DNA of 64,000 nucleotides, from positions 4,728,422 through 4,792,421 of the forward strand of contig NC_092678.1 of the NCBI RefSeq assembly GCF_964355755.1. Direction: 5' to 3'. The position numbers and the translations under genes were made by a program. This stretch comes from Antedon mediterranea. Its lineage: Eukaryota; Animalia; Echinodermata. The notes under the pieces were generated by a model. It saw only the letters and a program-made list of their open reading frames with translations. It was not told the origin of the DNA and did no database searches. Below are positions 23,193 to 35,577 of this stretch, piece after piece (positions within the stretch are counted from its first letter, which is position 1; every line of letters starts with the position of its first letter).

Positions 23193-24290
23193 GTTGTAAT
23201 TTTGGTCGATTTTTGATATTTGAAATAAAAGTGAATAACTTATACTTATTTTCCCAGATATAGTCTGTTCTCCCTCTTGATCTCCTTGTGTGTGTCAATA
23301 TCCAAGGAGCAAGGTGTTTGGCTCTTGATAGTTTCCGTGGGATACAAATATTCACAGCCTCTTATAGCCAGATGTAAACTCTTTCCAGATATCTTCAGGA
23401 TTGCTTTCCTGTTCATCATACTTGGATACCAAATGGTCAGACAGTTGTTTCATTGAGGTGCGAAAAGAGTCCCAATCAGCCTTTGTGTACAAGAACAATG
23501 CTTGCTGTGGTTGTTTGATCCTTTTGGCATAGCTATTGGCCTCTAAGTACACAATGTCATGGTCAGAAATTCCTGGTAACACTCTTCAGATGTTGTTGGG
23601 AAGGTTAGTCAGATTGTTCGATTCTCTGGTGGGAATTTTTTGGACGGATTCTTGAAAGTGATTAATGCTCTTTTCACCTGACTTGTCAGGACAATAATAA
23701 GAGCAAACAAGAAGACTCCACTGTCCCTTGAGTTGAATTCTGACCATAAAACTTCACATTCTGTAAACAGACTTGGTTCATCATTGCATGGCAGATTATC
23801 AGCAATTGCAATAACGACTCCTCCACCTTGTCTGTTCTCTACGATATACCTTGTAGTTATGTGTAGTTTAATAAATAGTGTAATCAAGGTGGGTCTCACA
23901 AACAATGATAACATCAGGCCTAGTACTCAGAATGGTGTTATGTAAAAGGTGGACTTCATTTGTAACAGACTGAATATTGATATTTAGGAACCGGAGGGGC
24001 CACTTGTTTCTCACTTGCCTGCTGGATTTGGTTGGTGTTGATGAATGTATAGGTTTGAATTCATTCTCATCCATTGTGGATGTGCTGGTATCTGTCGAAT
24101 GTACAAACTTTGTGCAAGTCAAATACACATCGCTACTGCTGTTATTACCACAGACCAAGCAGTACCAACTATAATGTCAGTATCGCCTAAATGTTGAAAC
24201 GACTTGATGTTGACATCTTGGCATTCAATGTGGAACCAATGTCTGCATGTTTCACATGCAATAGCTCTTCTGTTCCAACCAATAGACATT
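23193..24290 (-). mobile_element. LINE 5' part: PHD finger plus APE endonuclease
   Basis: IACETCRHWFHIEC...WYCLVC (PHD); NINIQSV, PDVIIVCETHL, GGGVVIAI, GISDHDIV (APE). Confidence 0.8.
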
Positions 24291-24370
24291 AGTGCATTAC
24301 ATCGTGTAATAGCTGTAAAGGATTACTTTAAATACTAATTAATGACCAATGGTAGTTTTATTAAACCTAC

Positions 24371-24503
24371 CTTCACTAACATCTGAGTTTTTAACATGTT
24401 TTTCACTATTTCTTTTGTTGGAGTGAATCCCATCAATTTATTATCAAGATGCACTTTGAGACTGATTGCTTGACCTGGGCAGACCTTTGAGATGACTCCA
24501 TAC
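24371..24503 (-). pseudogene. SUPT6H: Spt6 S1-domain exon
   Basis: tag|VWSHL..CPGQAISLKVHLDNKLMGFTPTKEI..VK|gtaggt matches Spt6 VWNHF..[23 protein letters not shown]. Confidence 0.8.
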
Positions 24504-24629
24504 CTACACAAAATAAAATTAATAAAATTAGAAACATGACAAAGAAAAACACACTTTACATGGATACTGCACAACGTCTAAGGGAAGATCAATATCCGAG
24601 TTGGAGATGCTCGGTAGACCATATTTTTT

Positions 24630-25565
24630 CCTCTCATATTACAATAATGAGCGGAGAGATCTAAAAGGACAGAAACAGGCAAGAGTAACGAAGGAGCAGA
24701 GAAGTACACGAGCCATTAACAAAGTCAGAAAAGAAATCTACAAAGTAAAAAAGATGCCTGGATAGAAAGACAGTGATGCACAATAGATCAAAGTATTGCA
24801 ACCAACAACACCAGGAAAGTCATTAAGAATGAGAACTAAATCACAGCAAGCAAGACCTGCCACAGCAATCAAAGAAAAGGATGGACACTTACTTACAGAA
24901 TCAAAGGCAACTGTTGATAAGTGGAAGGAATACTGTATCGAACTATGTGATAAGCACAGATCCTGCTGTCAAACAGATTATGAAGAGGAGGAGCCACCCA
25001 TACTGAAAACAGAGGATAAGAATGCAATAAAAGGCTTGAAAATAAGGAAGTCTGCCAAAGCAGATAAAATCTCTGCGGAACTTCTACAGAATAGAGGTGA
25101 AGCTGCGGTTGCCAACACAGTGGACCAAACCCATAGTAATACCTCTTCCGAAAAATGGAAATCTTCGCCAATGTAATAACTACCGCCTCATCAGTCATTC
25201 AAGCAAGGTACTTCTCCACATCCTATTACACCGCCTTAAACCTCAAGTCAAATCTATTCTCGCAGAAGGATTTCGTGCTAGAAGAAGCACAACTGAACAA
25301 ATCTTTAATCAGAAGTGAGATAACTATATGGCCATTGGAGTCCACAAACATCTCCTTGAAATTGTGAAAGAGCGCAAACTTTCCTGGTTTGACCACACCA
25401 CAAAAGCAACATCAAGTCTAGCACAAACCATCGCAGAATGACTTGGATGGATAAAACTATGATATTGACAAACATGTCATTTTACCAGCTTCTTCAAAGA
25501 CCGTCAAAAAGGAAGGAGTTGGTGCACCGTACCTCATCTGCTTCTACGTCACAAGACAACTAGAC
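24630..25565 (+). mobile_element. RTE-type LINE fragment
   Basis: KWKEYC, EPPILK.E...AIK.LK..KSA..D.I.AELL, IPLPKNGNLRQCNNYR.ISHSSKV, GFRARRSTTEQIF. Confidence 0.8.
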
Positions 25566-25630
25566 CTGCAATATTAATTGATGTAGATACTTTGCACAAA
25601 TACTTGTTAAATAAGTAATGTCTTAAGTAC

Positions 25631-25780
25631 CTCACTTAGTTCTAAAAAGTCATCCTGTAAACAGAATGGACACTGCCACAGACCACTATCAACTTTATGC
25701 ACTGAATTGGCATTATCAAGTTTCTCACCATGTGGATGTCCACGAGCAATTTGTATTACTTGCTCTACCACCAATTTTCT
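25631..25780 (-). pseudogene. SUPT6H: Spt6 exon (GLWQCPFC motif)
   Basis: KLVVEQVIQIARGHPHGEKLD...SGLWQCPFCLQDDFLELSE|gt matches Spt6 KLIICNVTGIAHRRPQGE..TGLWQCPFCQQDNFPELSE. Confidence 0.85.
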
Positions 25781-25984
25781 TGCAAACAAATACAATTTCT
25801 TCAGTTTCCAGTTCAATAGAGGATGATAAGTAAACTCTCGTAATAAAAAAAAACCAGTTTTATTTACCTATTGACCTTCTAAAACACGAAAAACATTTAA
25901 TTTTATGAGAACCACTTCAATTAAACATTGAATAATCATCTTTTGTATTGTAGTTATTGTAAATATAGCCAAGATTGTGAGTAC

Positions 25985-26265
25985 CTGCCTTGTATGGGAT
26001 CCCTGAAATTTTACTTGAATCAGCGAGGTAAAGCGTTGAGTAAACTATTATCTGTTGCCGGTAGTGATAACTGTCTGGCATTAGTGTTACGTATTCCATC
26101 CTTGGTTTAAATTGAGGCTGGTATGCCAAGGCTAACTTTCAGGAAAAAAAGTTTTGTTTTCTTTCTTTTTCTAAAAGTTTACAGACATCATGTTTGCCAC
26201 CTTCTGCAGTAATGAAGCATTTGTGCATTAAAACATCACAAGCAAATATTGGTTGAATTTTCACC
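25985..26265 (-). pseudogene. Non-Spt6 exon remnant with an ankyrin-like repeat ('exon X')
   Basis: LHY/AEGGKHDVCKLLE resembles an ankyrin repeat; ends FQGSHTRQ|gtactc. Related copies at 30139-30400, 47645-47925 and 54949-55210. Confidence 0.45.
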
Positions 26266-27169
26266 TTTTAAAAAACCAATAAAGTTATATATTAAGCAAT
26301 GACATTAGTGTGATATAGAAATAGCTTTAAATAACAAAAGGAAAAAAAAAGAAACATGACAAAGAAAAACACACTGATTACGTGGACACTGCACAACGTG
26401 CTAAAGAAGATTAGTTTTAATTCTAAATCTAAATATATATTGTTAACAATAATTGGGAAAATAATTGCATCGTCCTGGCAAAGGAAAGAGGGTAATCGGT
26501 AACTCAGTTGTTATTGCAAGGATGTTTTCAGATTTCGAAGTGAAAAAATCTATAGTATTTGTTACGTTTAATGAAGTTTATACTACTGATTAGATATCCT
26601 AAAAAAAAAACTAACTGCACCCATATCAGGTTACCTGACTTCACTAATTCATTCATCTTAGAAGTTGATGCGAGCAATTGAGGCTTACCAGAAACGTATA
26701 CGTGTTGTCTTAGCGTTTGCTAGTAGGTCACTCGGAGAGAATAAGCGGAATATGCTGAATTATAGTAGTATGAAACTAGAATTTCGCGATTTGTTAATGG
26801 GAAGTGAATTTATAGGTTACCTGGATAATAACCCGCTTGACTCACATCCACACATCTTCCAGACTTTGGGCAACCGAAAAAAGATGGATGGCAGACTTAG
26901 CGCAATTTAAATTTACAATAAAATACCAACGATCAATGCAAACGCTTTGAGCAGAAAGGCCGAACTTGGATCTGAACCATGTCAGCACACTTTGCAAGCC
27001 GTTGACGAGTGAACATCATCTATTATTTGGCTCCGCATACAATGCTGTAAGCCAACGTGCATGTTTGAATCGTGGCAATACTGTATACTATTCAACAGTG
27101 CCTTACTACGTTTTGAGTTTTCTCTGTTTTATTTATACCCGATTTATTTGAACTGTCTACTGACGAGTT

Positions 27170-27665
27170 AAGACAATGCCTTACAAAGCCATACTTGATG
27201 TACTAGCTTCGGCCGAGTTGAGTAAACAAATATCAGATAGTATCTCATCAGCACTGACCCGTGCCGCCTTTCGAGCAACCATGAAATCGATATTGGATGA
27301 AGTTTTCAATGAAAAATGGAAGCTAAACTGAAACCCTTGTTTGATAGGTTAGACCAGGGTGAAACTAGAATTAGTGAATTAGAGGACATTACAGTTCCGA
27401 CTCAGAACACTGCTACCGTATATCTGAACTTGAATTTAAAATTAGATGTCAAGATTCCTTGATCATGATTTTGAGCAATACTCCCGTTGGAACTCATTAA
27501 GGGTATACGGTGTGACAGAGTCTTACGCGGGAAACACGGATAACATATTGAGTGATATTTGTAATGATAAGCTTGGTATTAAGTGTTGTATAGGCGATAT
27601 TGACCGATCTCATCGTGTTGGGAGGAAGAACTCTGATCAACCTAGAGCCATCTTAGTTTAACTTG
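27170..27665 (+). mobile_element. LINE ORF1 (L1 transposase-22-like) fragment
   Basis: FEQYSRWNSLRVYGV..NTD....IC..KLGI...DIDRSHRVG..PRAILV. Confidence 0.75.
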
Positions 27666-28145
27666 TTTCGTATAACTTCACGCTTGCTAAATCTGGTAAG
27701 AAGATTCATCTTACAATGGGCTCACTTATAGCGACGAGACCATTAGAAGTTTAGCTATTGATTTCACAACATTAGAACCTGGCAAAAACGATAAATAATT
27801 ACTTCATACGGACCGGCAAGATCAGTTTTGAGGTTGTCCGTATGAAGTAATTATTTATCGAGATGCTACACACTCACACACGTCATGTAGAGCCGCAGAG
27901 CATTGTAATAGAACCTGAACAACAAACTGTAGAAAAACAACACTCAGACGCTCTTCTCGGATTAAGGGAAAAGGCGAAAAACAGAATTATTTGGAATTAA
28001 TAACTCCATATTGGCAGAATTTAGCATGACGCAACTTTTGTTAGTACAGATACTTGCAGGACAGCTCAAGTCAAGTTTTTATTTCATGATACACTGATGT
28101 TGCCAGGGACAACAACATATAAAGCTGGGGTTCATTTCAGTTCAT

Positions 28146-28255
28146 TTTTAGTCGCGTGCAACGCGACTCTACAGCTCACTATGTCGGTCGGTTCGTCGGT
28201 CGGTTGGTTGGTCAGTAAACACTAACTTAAGCACACGACTGCAGCCTTGTTTTTA
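28146..28255 (+). mobile_element. Miniature Helentron-associated element (HINE/DINE-1-like)
   Basis: ttttAGTCGCGTgcaACGCGACT hairpin, (gtcg/gttg)n microsatellite, 3' cacgact, T-rich flanks; copy at ~53252-53360. Confidence 0.6.
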
Positions 28256-28354
28256 ATGTTTATAAATTCAAGAATTTCATTATTTTTCTTCCTACTTTGA
28301 ATATTCATATTGTAACTTTGTTTATGCTTTGATGAACTTTATTCATTTTTCGTT

Positions 28355-28985
28355 TTTGGTTTTGACATATTGTACATATGTTACGATAATTGATTTGTTT
28401 GTTTTTTCCCATCTTCTTTTTATGATATATATTTTTAGTGATGTTGTCAGGGACGACAACAGATAAAGCTGGGGAGTATGTAAGGAGCTGGTTTTATTTA
28501 TGTTCAAGTTTATTATATTTCTTTATACATTTTATTAGTTTAAATTCTTAATCTAAATATATATTGTTAACAATTATTGGTTTTGACATATTGTACATAT
28601 GTTGCAATAATTAATTTGTGTTTTTTCCCATCTTCTTTATATGTATATATTTTTAGTGATGTTGTCAGGGACGACAACAGATAAAGCTGGGGAGTATGTA
28701 AGGAGCTGGTTTTATTTATGTTCAAGTTTATTATATTTCTTTATACATTTTATTAGTTTTAATTCTTAATCAATTGTTCTTAATTATTGGTTTTGACATA
28801 TTTTACATATGTTACGATAATTGAGTTGTTTGTTTTTTCCCATCTTCTTTATATGTATATATTTTTAGTGATGTTGTCAAGGACAACAACAGATAAAGCT
28901 TGGGAGTATGTAAGGAGCTGGTTTTATTCCTGTTCAAGTTTATTATATTTCTTTATACATTTTATTAATAGTTTTAATTCTTAAT
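28355..28985 (+). repeat. Three tandem ~210-bp copies of the Gypsy PPT/LTR junction
   Basis: gatgttgtcagggacgacaacagataaagctggggagtatgtaaggagctgg at ~28440, ~28658 and ~28870; single in copy C (~53545). Confidence 0.85.
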
Positions 28986-29377
28986 CAAAATATATATTGT
29001 TAACAATTATTGGGACAATAATTGCATTGTCCTGGCAAAGGAGAGAGGGCAAGCGGTAACTCAGTTGTTATTGCGAGGACGTTTGCAGATTTCGAAGTGA
29101 AGAAATACTATATTATTTATCATAATCATCAATTTATTGTTTTAATTTACATTTTCTAGCTTGACGTATGCTGGCATTATTGTCCAGTCAAGTTGGGGAT
29201 TTTTTTCAGATTGTTTTCCAGTTTGGTTAAAGTTTGGTCTTAGTATTTCTAGTTCCTATTCGAATAAATAATTTGTCATTGAAGTTTACACAATCTCTCT
29301 CTCTCTCCTGTGTTCACACAATAATAATTTATTATTATTACAAATATTTGTTAAATAATTAAGTCCTAGGGAACTTA

Positions 29378-29909
29378 CTTAGTTCAGGAAAGTCATCCTG
29401 TGAACAGAATAGATAATGCCACAGACCAGTATCATCTTTATGATCCTCACCGTGTGGACGACAACACGCAATTTTATTAATTGCCCTAGCATCTATTTTC
29501 CTCCTGCAAACAAATAAAATGACATTTTTCAGTTTTCAGTTCAATAGACGATGAATAAAAACACATTTTTCACTGTAGCTTACCAATATAAAATGTAGCC
29601 GGTGTTTTTTTGGTCAACATTTGGAAATACACTTCTTGGAATAAAGAATAACTTTATAGTAGGCGAGTTTCCATCCATGTACTACAAGTGCTACAAAGTC
29701 TAGACTACAACTGTTACCAGTAATAAACGTACTATTCATTACCTGTCTTTCTAACGCATCTGCAAAAGCGTCCAAATCTAAATCTCTGGCTTCTCAGGAT
29801 TGGCATCCACAGCTGACTCATCATACTCTAAAGCGTTTACTGCCATCTTACGTGCCCAATCGTATTTCTCCAGGTGTGCATGTCCAGTACCTCCACATAC
29901 GCCTCAGTA
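29378..29909 (-). pseudogene. SUPT6H: Three consecutive Spt6 exons with introns
   Basis: Exons 29743-29909 ([29 protein letters not shown]), ~29584-29645 (FQMLTKKTPATFYIG) and 29378-29503 (HGEDHKDDTGLWH..FCSQDDFPELS). Confidence 0.85.
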
Positions 29910-30138
29910 CTGTAAACATTAATTTATGAGGTTCAATTTATAGTTGTGTTTTGCATCATTGTAAGTACTTCCATTTCATTTATTTATTTTATTGGCACAA
30001 ACACCCACAAGGAAAATCATCTTTTGTATTGTAGTTATTTCTGTATTTGGGCCATTGGCCCATGTTTTCCTCTTGGGACTATATGCCATAAAATGTTTAA
30101 TAAATAAAATTTTAAATATAGCCAATATTGTGAGTACC

Positions 30139-30400
30139 TACCTGGTATGGGATCCCTGAAATGTTCTTTGAACCATCAAAGTAAGCATTGAGTGAAATAT
30201 GTCTGGCATCAACGTTTAATCCAATTTTTTACTTGACAAGTATTCTTCTTTGAGTTTTTTTTAATATCTACTTCCTTTAACTCCTTATCTCGTTTAAAAT
30301 AACTGTTGGTACTCTGGTGGTGGGTGGGGTTTTAGAAAGTGAGGTTAGTCAAGTGAGACCGAGTTGGGCTACACATGAAGTAGTAGTCCTTGCTTTAATC
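30139..30400 (-). pseudogene. Exon X paralogue
   Basis: Shares atttcagggatcccatac..gg.aggtactcacaat with 25975-26010; reads KKLKEEYLSS..TLMPD..FQGSHTR. Confidence 0.45.
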
Positions 30401-30569
30401 AGTCAGCAATCAGAACTTTGTTGTTAAATCTGTTGTCTTATTTAGATAACTTGAGTTGGATACTCACATATTGTATACAGTTTGTTTAATAAAAACCCCA
30501 TCTTGGGCAGAAATTTCTATAGGCCTATTGTGTTTTGTGTGTAATTCTGTAAATTTCAGACGTCTTGAC

Positions 30570-30710
30570 CGCAGACTTTCAGGATTATTTTGTGAGTGCT
30601 TTCCCTCACAACGAATTATAATACAGGATTATTTTGTGCGTGCTTTCCCTCACAACGGATTATAAATCAGGAATATTTTGTGCGTGCTTTTCCTCACAAC
30701 GGATTATAAT
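30570..30710. repeat. 44-bp minisatellite (caggattattttgtgagtgctttccctcacaacggattataatt), left part
   Basis: About three units; the array resumes at ~34465 after the LINE. Confidence 0.85.
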
Positions 30711-31689
30711 ATATCTAGAGCTAACTGGGATGATATTTATAGATCTGATGATGTAAATATGGCATATAATAATTTTTATACAACTTTTGGTAATATATGT
30801 GATAATAATGCACCGTTTGTAACTTTTAATCCATCAAAAAAGTATTTAAGGAATAATAAGCCATGGATAACTAGAGCTATTAGAAAGAGTATTAACAAAA
30901 AACATAAATTGTATTCTAAACTTGTTAAATCTAACTTCAACATAGACATGTCCTTAACATATAAAAGATATAGGAATGTATTAACAGGCCTTCTTAGAAA
31001 GGCTAAAGAAATGTATTATGGTGATTTGTTTATGAAAAGTAAAAGTAATACAATTAAAACATGGGGAATTATAAACAGTATTCTTAAAGAGTGTAAATTA
31101 AATTATTCCAGATAAACTTAAATAAAATTATGTTAATATAGAATTGCAGAAATTTAGCAAGCAAGATTAATTGCTCTCAAAAAAGTTCCAATGAATATTT
31201 GAAAAATTCAATTAGTTCCTCTTTATTTTGGAAACCTGTTTTAGAATTTGAAATTAAAGAATTATTAAGAAATATAGATATAAAAAAGTCCACTTGACAT
31301 GACCAGTTATCTGCTAGATTAATTAAGGATTCATCTATTGTTATTGCAAAGCCATTAACATATATTATTAACTTATTACTTGTCACAGGTGTTTTTCATG
31401 ATGACTTGAAAGTGGCACAAGTGACTCCAAATTTTTTTAAAGGGTTATAAGGATCTCCTTGGAAATTATCTACAGATTTCAGTTTTGCCACTATAAACCA
31501 AAGTATTTAAAAGGATTGTGAAAAATAGATTATTAGATTTTATAGAAAAAAATAATATATTTTATTGTCATCAATATGGTTTCCGCCAAAAGTATAGTAC
31601 TAAACATTCTCTATTTAATCTAGTTAATCAAATAATACAATACTTAGATGAGGGGAGAGTCACAGTAGGAGATTTGATTTAGTCAAAGC

Positions 31690-31863
31690 TAGTCTGGGTT
31701 CCAGACGGAGTTTTGTCTTAATATTAGTAAAAAGATAAATATTTTGGCACATATGGCATTTCATACGTATACTACTTGATTTTGTATTTTCAGACAAAAA
31801 TCGCGGTCGCAATAAAAATAAATAAATAAAAAAAAAAGATAATACAGACTTGGGGCAAGTCTA
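31690..31863. mobile_element. 174-bp non-autonomous DNA transposon with 9-bp TSD (AcademH-like)
   Basis: TSD AGTCAAAGC at 31681-31689 and 31864-31872; termini TAG...CTA, each a mini-hairpin; splits the LINE motif D.SKAFD. Copy at 56441-56614. Confidence 0.75.
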
Positions 31864-32110
31864 AGTCAAAGCCTTTGACACCATTGATCATAGTATTCTT
31901 TTATCTAAAATGGCTCATTATGGAATCAGAAGATTGCCTTTAAATTGGTTTAAAAATTATTTAGAAAATAGGAGACAATATGTTAAACTCAATGGACTTC
32001 GGTTATCATCACTACTAATTATATGCGGAGTACCGCAGGGTTCGGTGTTAGGCCCAACTATATTTCTTCTCTATATAAATGATTTATCACTCTCTACACC
32101 ATATTATAAT

Positions 32111-33503
32111 TAGGTTATATGCATTATCATGCATATAACCTGATTCTGTCAGGATCTTTATTTATTTATTTATTCTTTCCTTATCACTATTTTGTCCGTG
32201 AATTATCTTGATATCAGTTTCATCTAGCTAAGTCAATTTTTCAGAGTATATTTCTTATGGCCAGGAATCGATGTGGTTATGGATTCACTGTGCGCTATCA
32301 AAAATTACGCGTTCTACTCGCGATTTAACAAAATCACTTTTGTAATCATAAATTCACAATCATGAATCATTCTTAAACAAAATTTGGTACTCTTAAATTT
32401 TAGGTCATATTTCATCATATGGCAATACAATTGCGTGTGTAGCGCATATAAATGCATACGTACGTGCGCTAAAAATTTTCAAAATTTATTTTCAATGAAA
32501 TTAGAGTACGTTTCAGGCAATTTTAAGCGTTTAAAAAATTGCCATGAGTGCGCAGATTTTCGCATGCGCACTGCGCATTAAACGTCGTTGCGCACTATTT
32601 TTGTTCGATTTCTGTTGTACAACCTTTCTTTAATAATATCATCATATTTTATTAACATTTTAACGTGAAATTGCGTTATACGAGCACGTCAAAAGTGAAA
32701 GGCTACGCACGTGTAAGTTAACAAAATGGTGAAAATATGCTAAATTTAAAAATTAATATAGATCGTCAGAATGCTCGGGAACTTTTTATTTTTTATTTCA
32801 TTTTCTTGAAGTGTATGTATCATATGTGTGATTTATTATGAAATTAGGAGAACAAATGTTGATACGGTCATTATTAATTGCATTTTAAATTAAAAAAAAT
32901 TGATTTCGACAATCAAAAAATTATGACATTTTCGTAGGCCAAAATAACAAACTTAACATTAATTTTCTTCCTTCAAAAGTTCATATATTAGAGTTAAAAG
33001 TATATAGTTTGACAGTGCATCATTTTTTTTAAATTTTTAAAGATGTCATCATTGTAATACACAGAGGAATCTTTCTACAACTGCAGTTGTGGATGGCTCG
33101 GTGGTTTGGGCACGTGTCTATGGTGTTCAAGGTACCGAGATCGAGTCTCACCTTGGGAAACAAAACAAAATGAGATTTTTTTTTATTATCCATATTGTTT
33201 GTTCAATTTTATTTTTTAGTGTATAGATTATACACATGATTTATAATGAAATCTAGATAAAAAGTAACTTAAGTCTTTATTATTATGTAACAAATGTGGT
33301 TTATGACATTATATACGCAGAAGAATCTTTGATCGGATTATGATACCGGCTATTGTATTTGCGTTAGCAAGATCCTATCATATATTATAAATAACTAAAG
33401 ATTCTGAGAAAATCAATCATCAATATATCTTAAATCAATCAATTATCTTTATTTAAATCAATGCATATAACCTATAATTCATCATAGTGACGAATTAAAT
33501 CTA
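32111..33503 (+). mobile_element. Helentron-associated non-autonomous element (HINE-like)
   Basis: 5' GGTTATATGCAT-tatc-ATGCATATAACC hairpin, (ttta)n, 3' ATGCATATAACC plus palindrome aattcatca-tag-tgacgaatt; inserted in a T-run splitting YYN|FRLFADD. Shorter copy at 56854-57987. Confidence 0.75.
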
Positions 33504-34464
33504 TTTTTAGATTATTTGCTGATGACTCAAATTTGCATTTAGCATATGTAAACCAATGGTGTAGTGCGAATAGACTTACGATACATACTTCCAAGATGCA
33601 TTTTATTTTGTTTAGTGGGAGAAACAAAACTGTCTTAACTCAAGGACATGTGACTCTTAATGATAGTATAATTAAAGAGGTAGAATCGGCTTCTTTTGTG
33701 GGACTTATTATGGATAAACATTTAATTTTTAATAAACATATTGAACATGTTAATATTATCTTAAGAAAAAAAATTTGAATTTCGTATAAACTCAGGTTAT
33801 TTGTTCCAAAGCATATATTATTATCATTATACCAAAACATTTATTCAACTTATATAATGTACGGTCTTGAAGTTTGGGGTGGTACATTCCATTCTTAATT
33901 AAACTATATTTATTTATCACAAAAGATGGCAGTTAGAGCGATAACCTTTAGTAATTATACAGCACACGCATTTCCTCTGTTTGTTAAATTAAATATCTTA
34001 AATAATTTTAAATTATATAAGCTTTTATGTATGATTTAATTAATAATAATTTATCACATTCATTTGATTAATACTGTATGTTATTACAACATGAATATGG
34101 TACTAGACAAAGGCAACGAGGTAATCTGGTTTTACTCAAAGTCAAAACAAATATTGGAAAAACAGCATTCTCTTATGCAGGTCCTGCTATATGGAATGAG
34201 TTGCCTCTTCCAATTAGAGCCTCCAATTCCAATTAAGGCTTCATTCACTGATTATTTATTACATGCTTAAATATATATATATATATTTTTTCCCTCTTAG
34301 TCTATGTTGATATATTGCCACACATAATTTAAAGTGTTGTGGGGTTGGACTTGACTAGCGTTTTGCTATTTTACAGCTCCAATTATCCATTGTATATATA
34401 TTCATTTACAATATTGTACGGTTTTGTTTGTTTTGTATGGATAATAAAAAAAGAAAGAAGAAAG

Positions 34465-34643
34465 ATAATACAGGAATATTTCGTGAGTGCTTTCCCTCAC
34501 AACGGATTATAATTCAGGATTATTTTGTGAGTGCTTTCCCTCAAAACAGATTATAATTCAGGATTATTTTGTGAACACTTTCCCTCACAAGGGATGATAA
34601 TTCAGGATTATTTTGCGAGTGCTTTCCCTCAAAACGGATTATA
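34465..34643. repeat. 44-bp minisatellite, right part
   Basis: About four units directly upstream of the cyclin-like sequence. Confidence 0.85.
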
Positions 34644-35186
34644 ATGTTAGAGGTATCTGAAACCCAGAGATGTGAGGACGATGATAGAATTTGTAAAAAA
34701 CAGAATATCGCAAGAAAAACTGTTGGGCGCTGGATGTCTATTCGTCGCATCCAAACTGAAACAAACAGTACCACTTCTAGCTGAAACCCTGATAGACTAG
34801 ACGGACAACTCAATTACATACCAACAACTTATGGAAATCGAGGTTTCTATTGTGAAGGACCTGAACTGGTACCTTTCACCACTTACTCCACAAGATGTAT
34901 TGGAACAAGTGCTTAGTGCATTAAACATTAAACATAAGTACATCACTTCAATAACACGGAAATGTAATGCTGTTATCGGTGTATCAAAGACTACTCATTC
35001 TCCACTTATCCACCTTCTTTGATAGTTGCGGGGTGTACCATGTACATATTGGAAGACATGGTGCCAAACCTGACATCACAGTTAAACGTGCTGACAGAAA
35101 TAATATCTGAGAACATTATTAAATGCAGAGACAAAATCAAACTGATTGCCAAGAGGGAAAGAAAAGAAAAGGTTGATGAATTATGA
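34644..35186 (+). pseudogene. Cyclin D-like intronless pseudogene
   Basis: MLEVSETQRCED..LLGAGCLFVASKLKQTVPL.AETL..TDNSITYQQLMEIEVSIVKDLNW.LSPLTPQD..YPPSLIVAGC matches the cyclin D box across stops and indels. Confidence 0.85.
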
Positions 35187-35577
35187 CATTTTGAAATTTT
35201 TACTTTACGTTGTACTAAAGACACTTATTGTTTTAACTTAACTTCCGAATACTTATTGACATTAAAAATTAAATTAGAATAAACTCACAACAGATGATAA
35301 TTCAGAGTATCTGGATTAATGGATGGACATTCTCTCTCCAATTGGAGCAATATTGGACTTACTGTAGGGAAAATCCAAATAAATAAGGCAACGAAACTAC
35401 CGTATTAACTGGAACAGAAGAATTAAAAGGTAAAAATACATGATAAGACCGTGATATTTCACGAACACATACTGGGGATTTAACATTGTAATTCAATTTG
35501 ATTAAATTACCACTACCACTGAGAACCCACAACAGTAGGGAAAAAACAGGGAAAAGCACCAAAATAGTCATAACAAT

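Larger units (their letters stand above)
26410..29110 (+). mobile_element. Degenerate Gypsy element bounded by LTR-like direct repeats
   Basis: Direct repeat ~26410-26560 / ~28970-29110; RNase H remnant (FILEVDA, AFASRSL, DNNPL), integrase remnant (RPLEV.AIDFT.LE), PPT-like agctggggagta before tgtaagg. Confidence 0.6.
30712..34462 (+). mobile_element. CR1/L2-group LINE, 5'-truncated and degraded, inserted in the minisatellite
   Basis: KPWITRAI, YKRYRN, QYGFRQK, SKAFDTIDH, GVPQGSVLGP, LFADDSN, SYAGPAIWN; AATAA and A-rich tail. Confidence 0.85.

Noticed and set aside
33090-33160. Possible tRNA gene
   Set aside because: Only degenerate A/B-box similarity, no convincing cloverleaf, and it lies inside a repeat.
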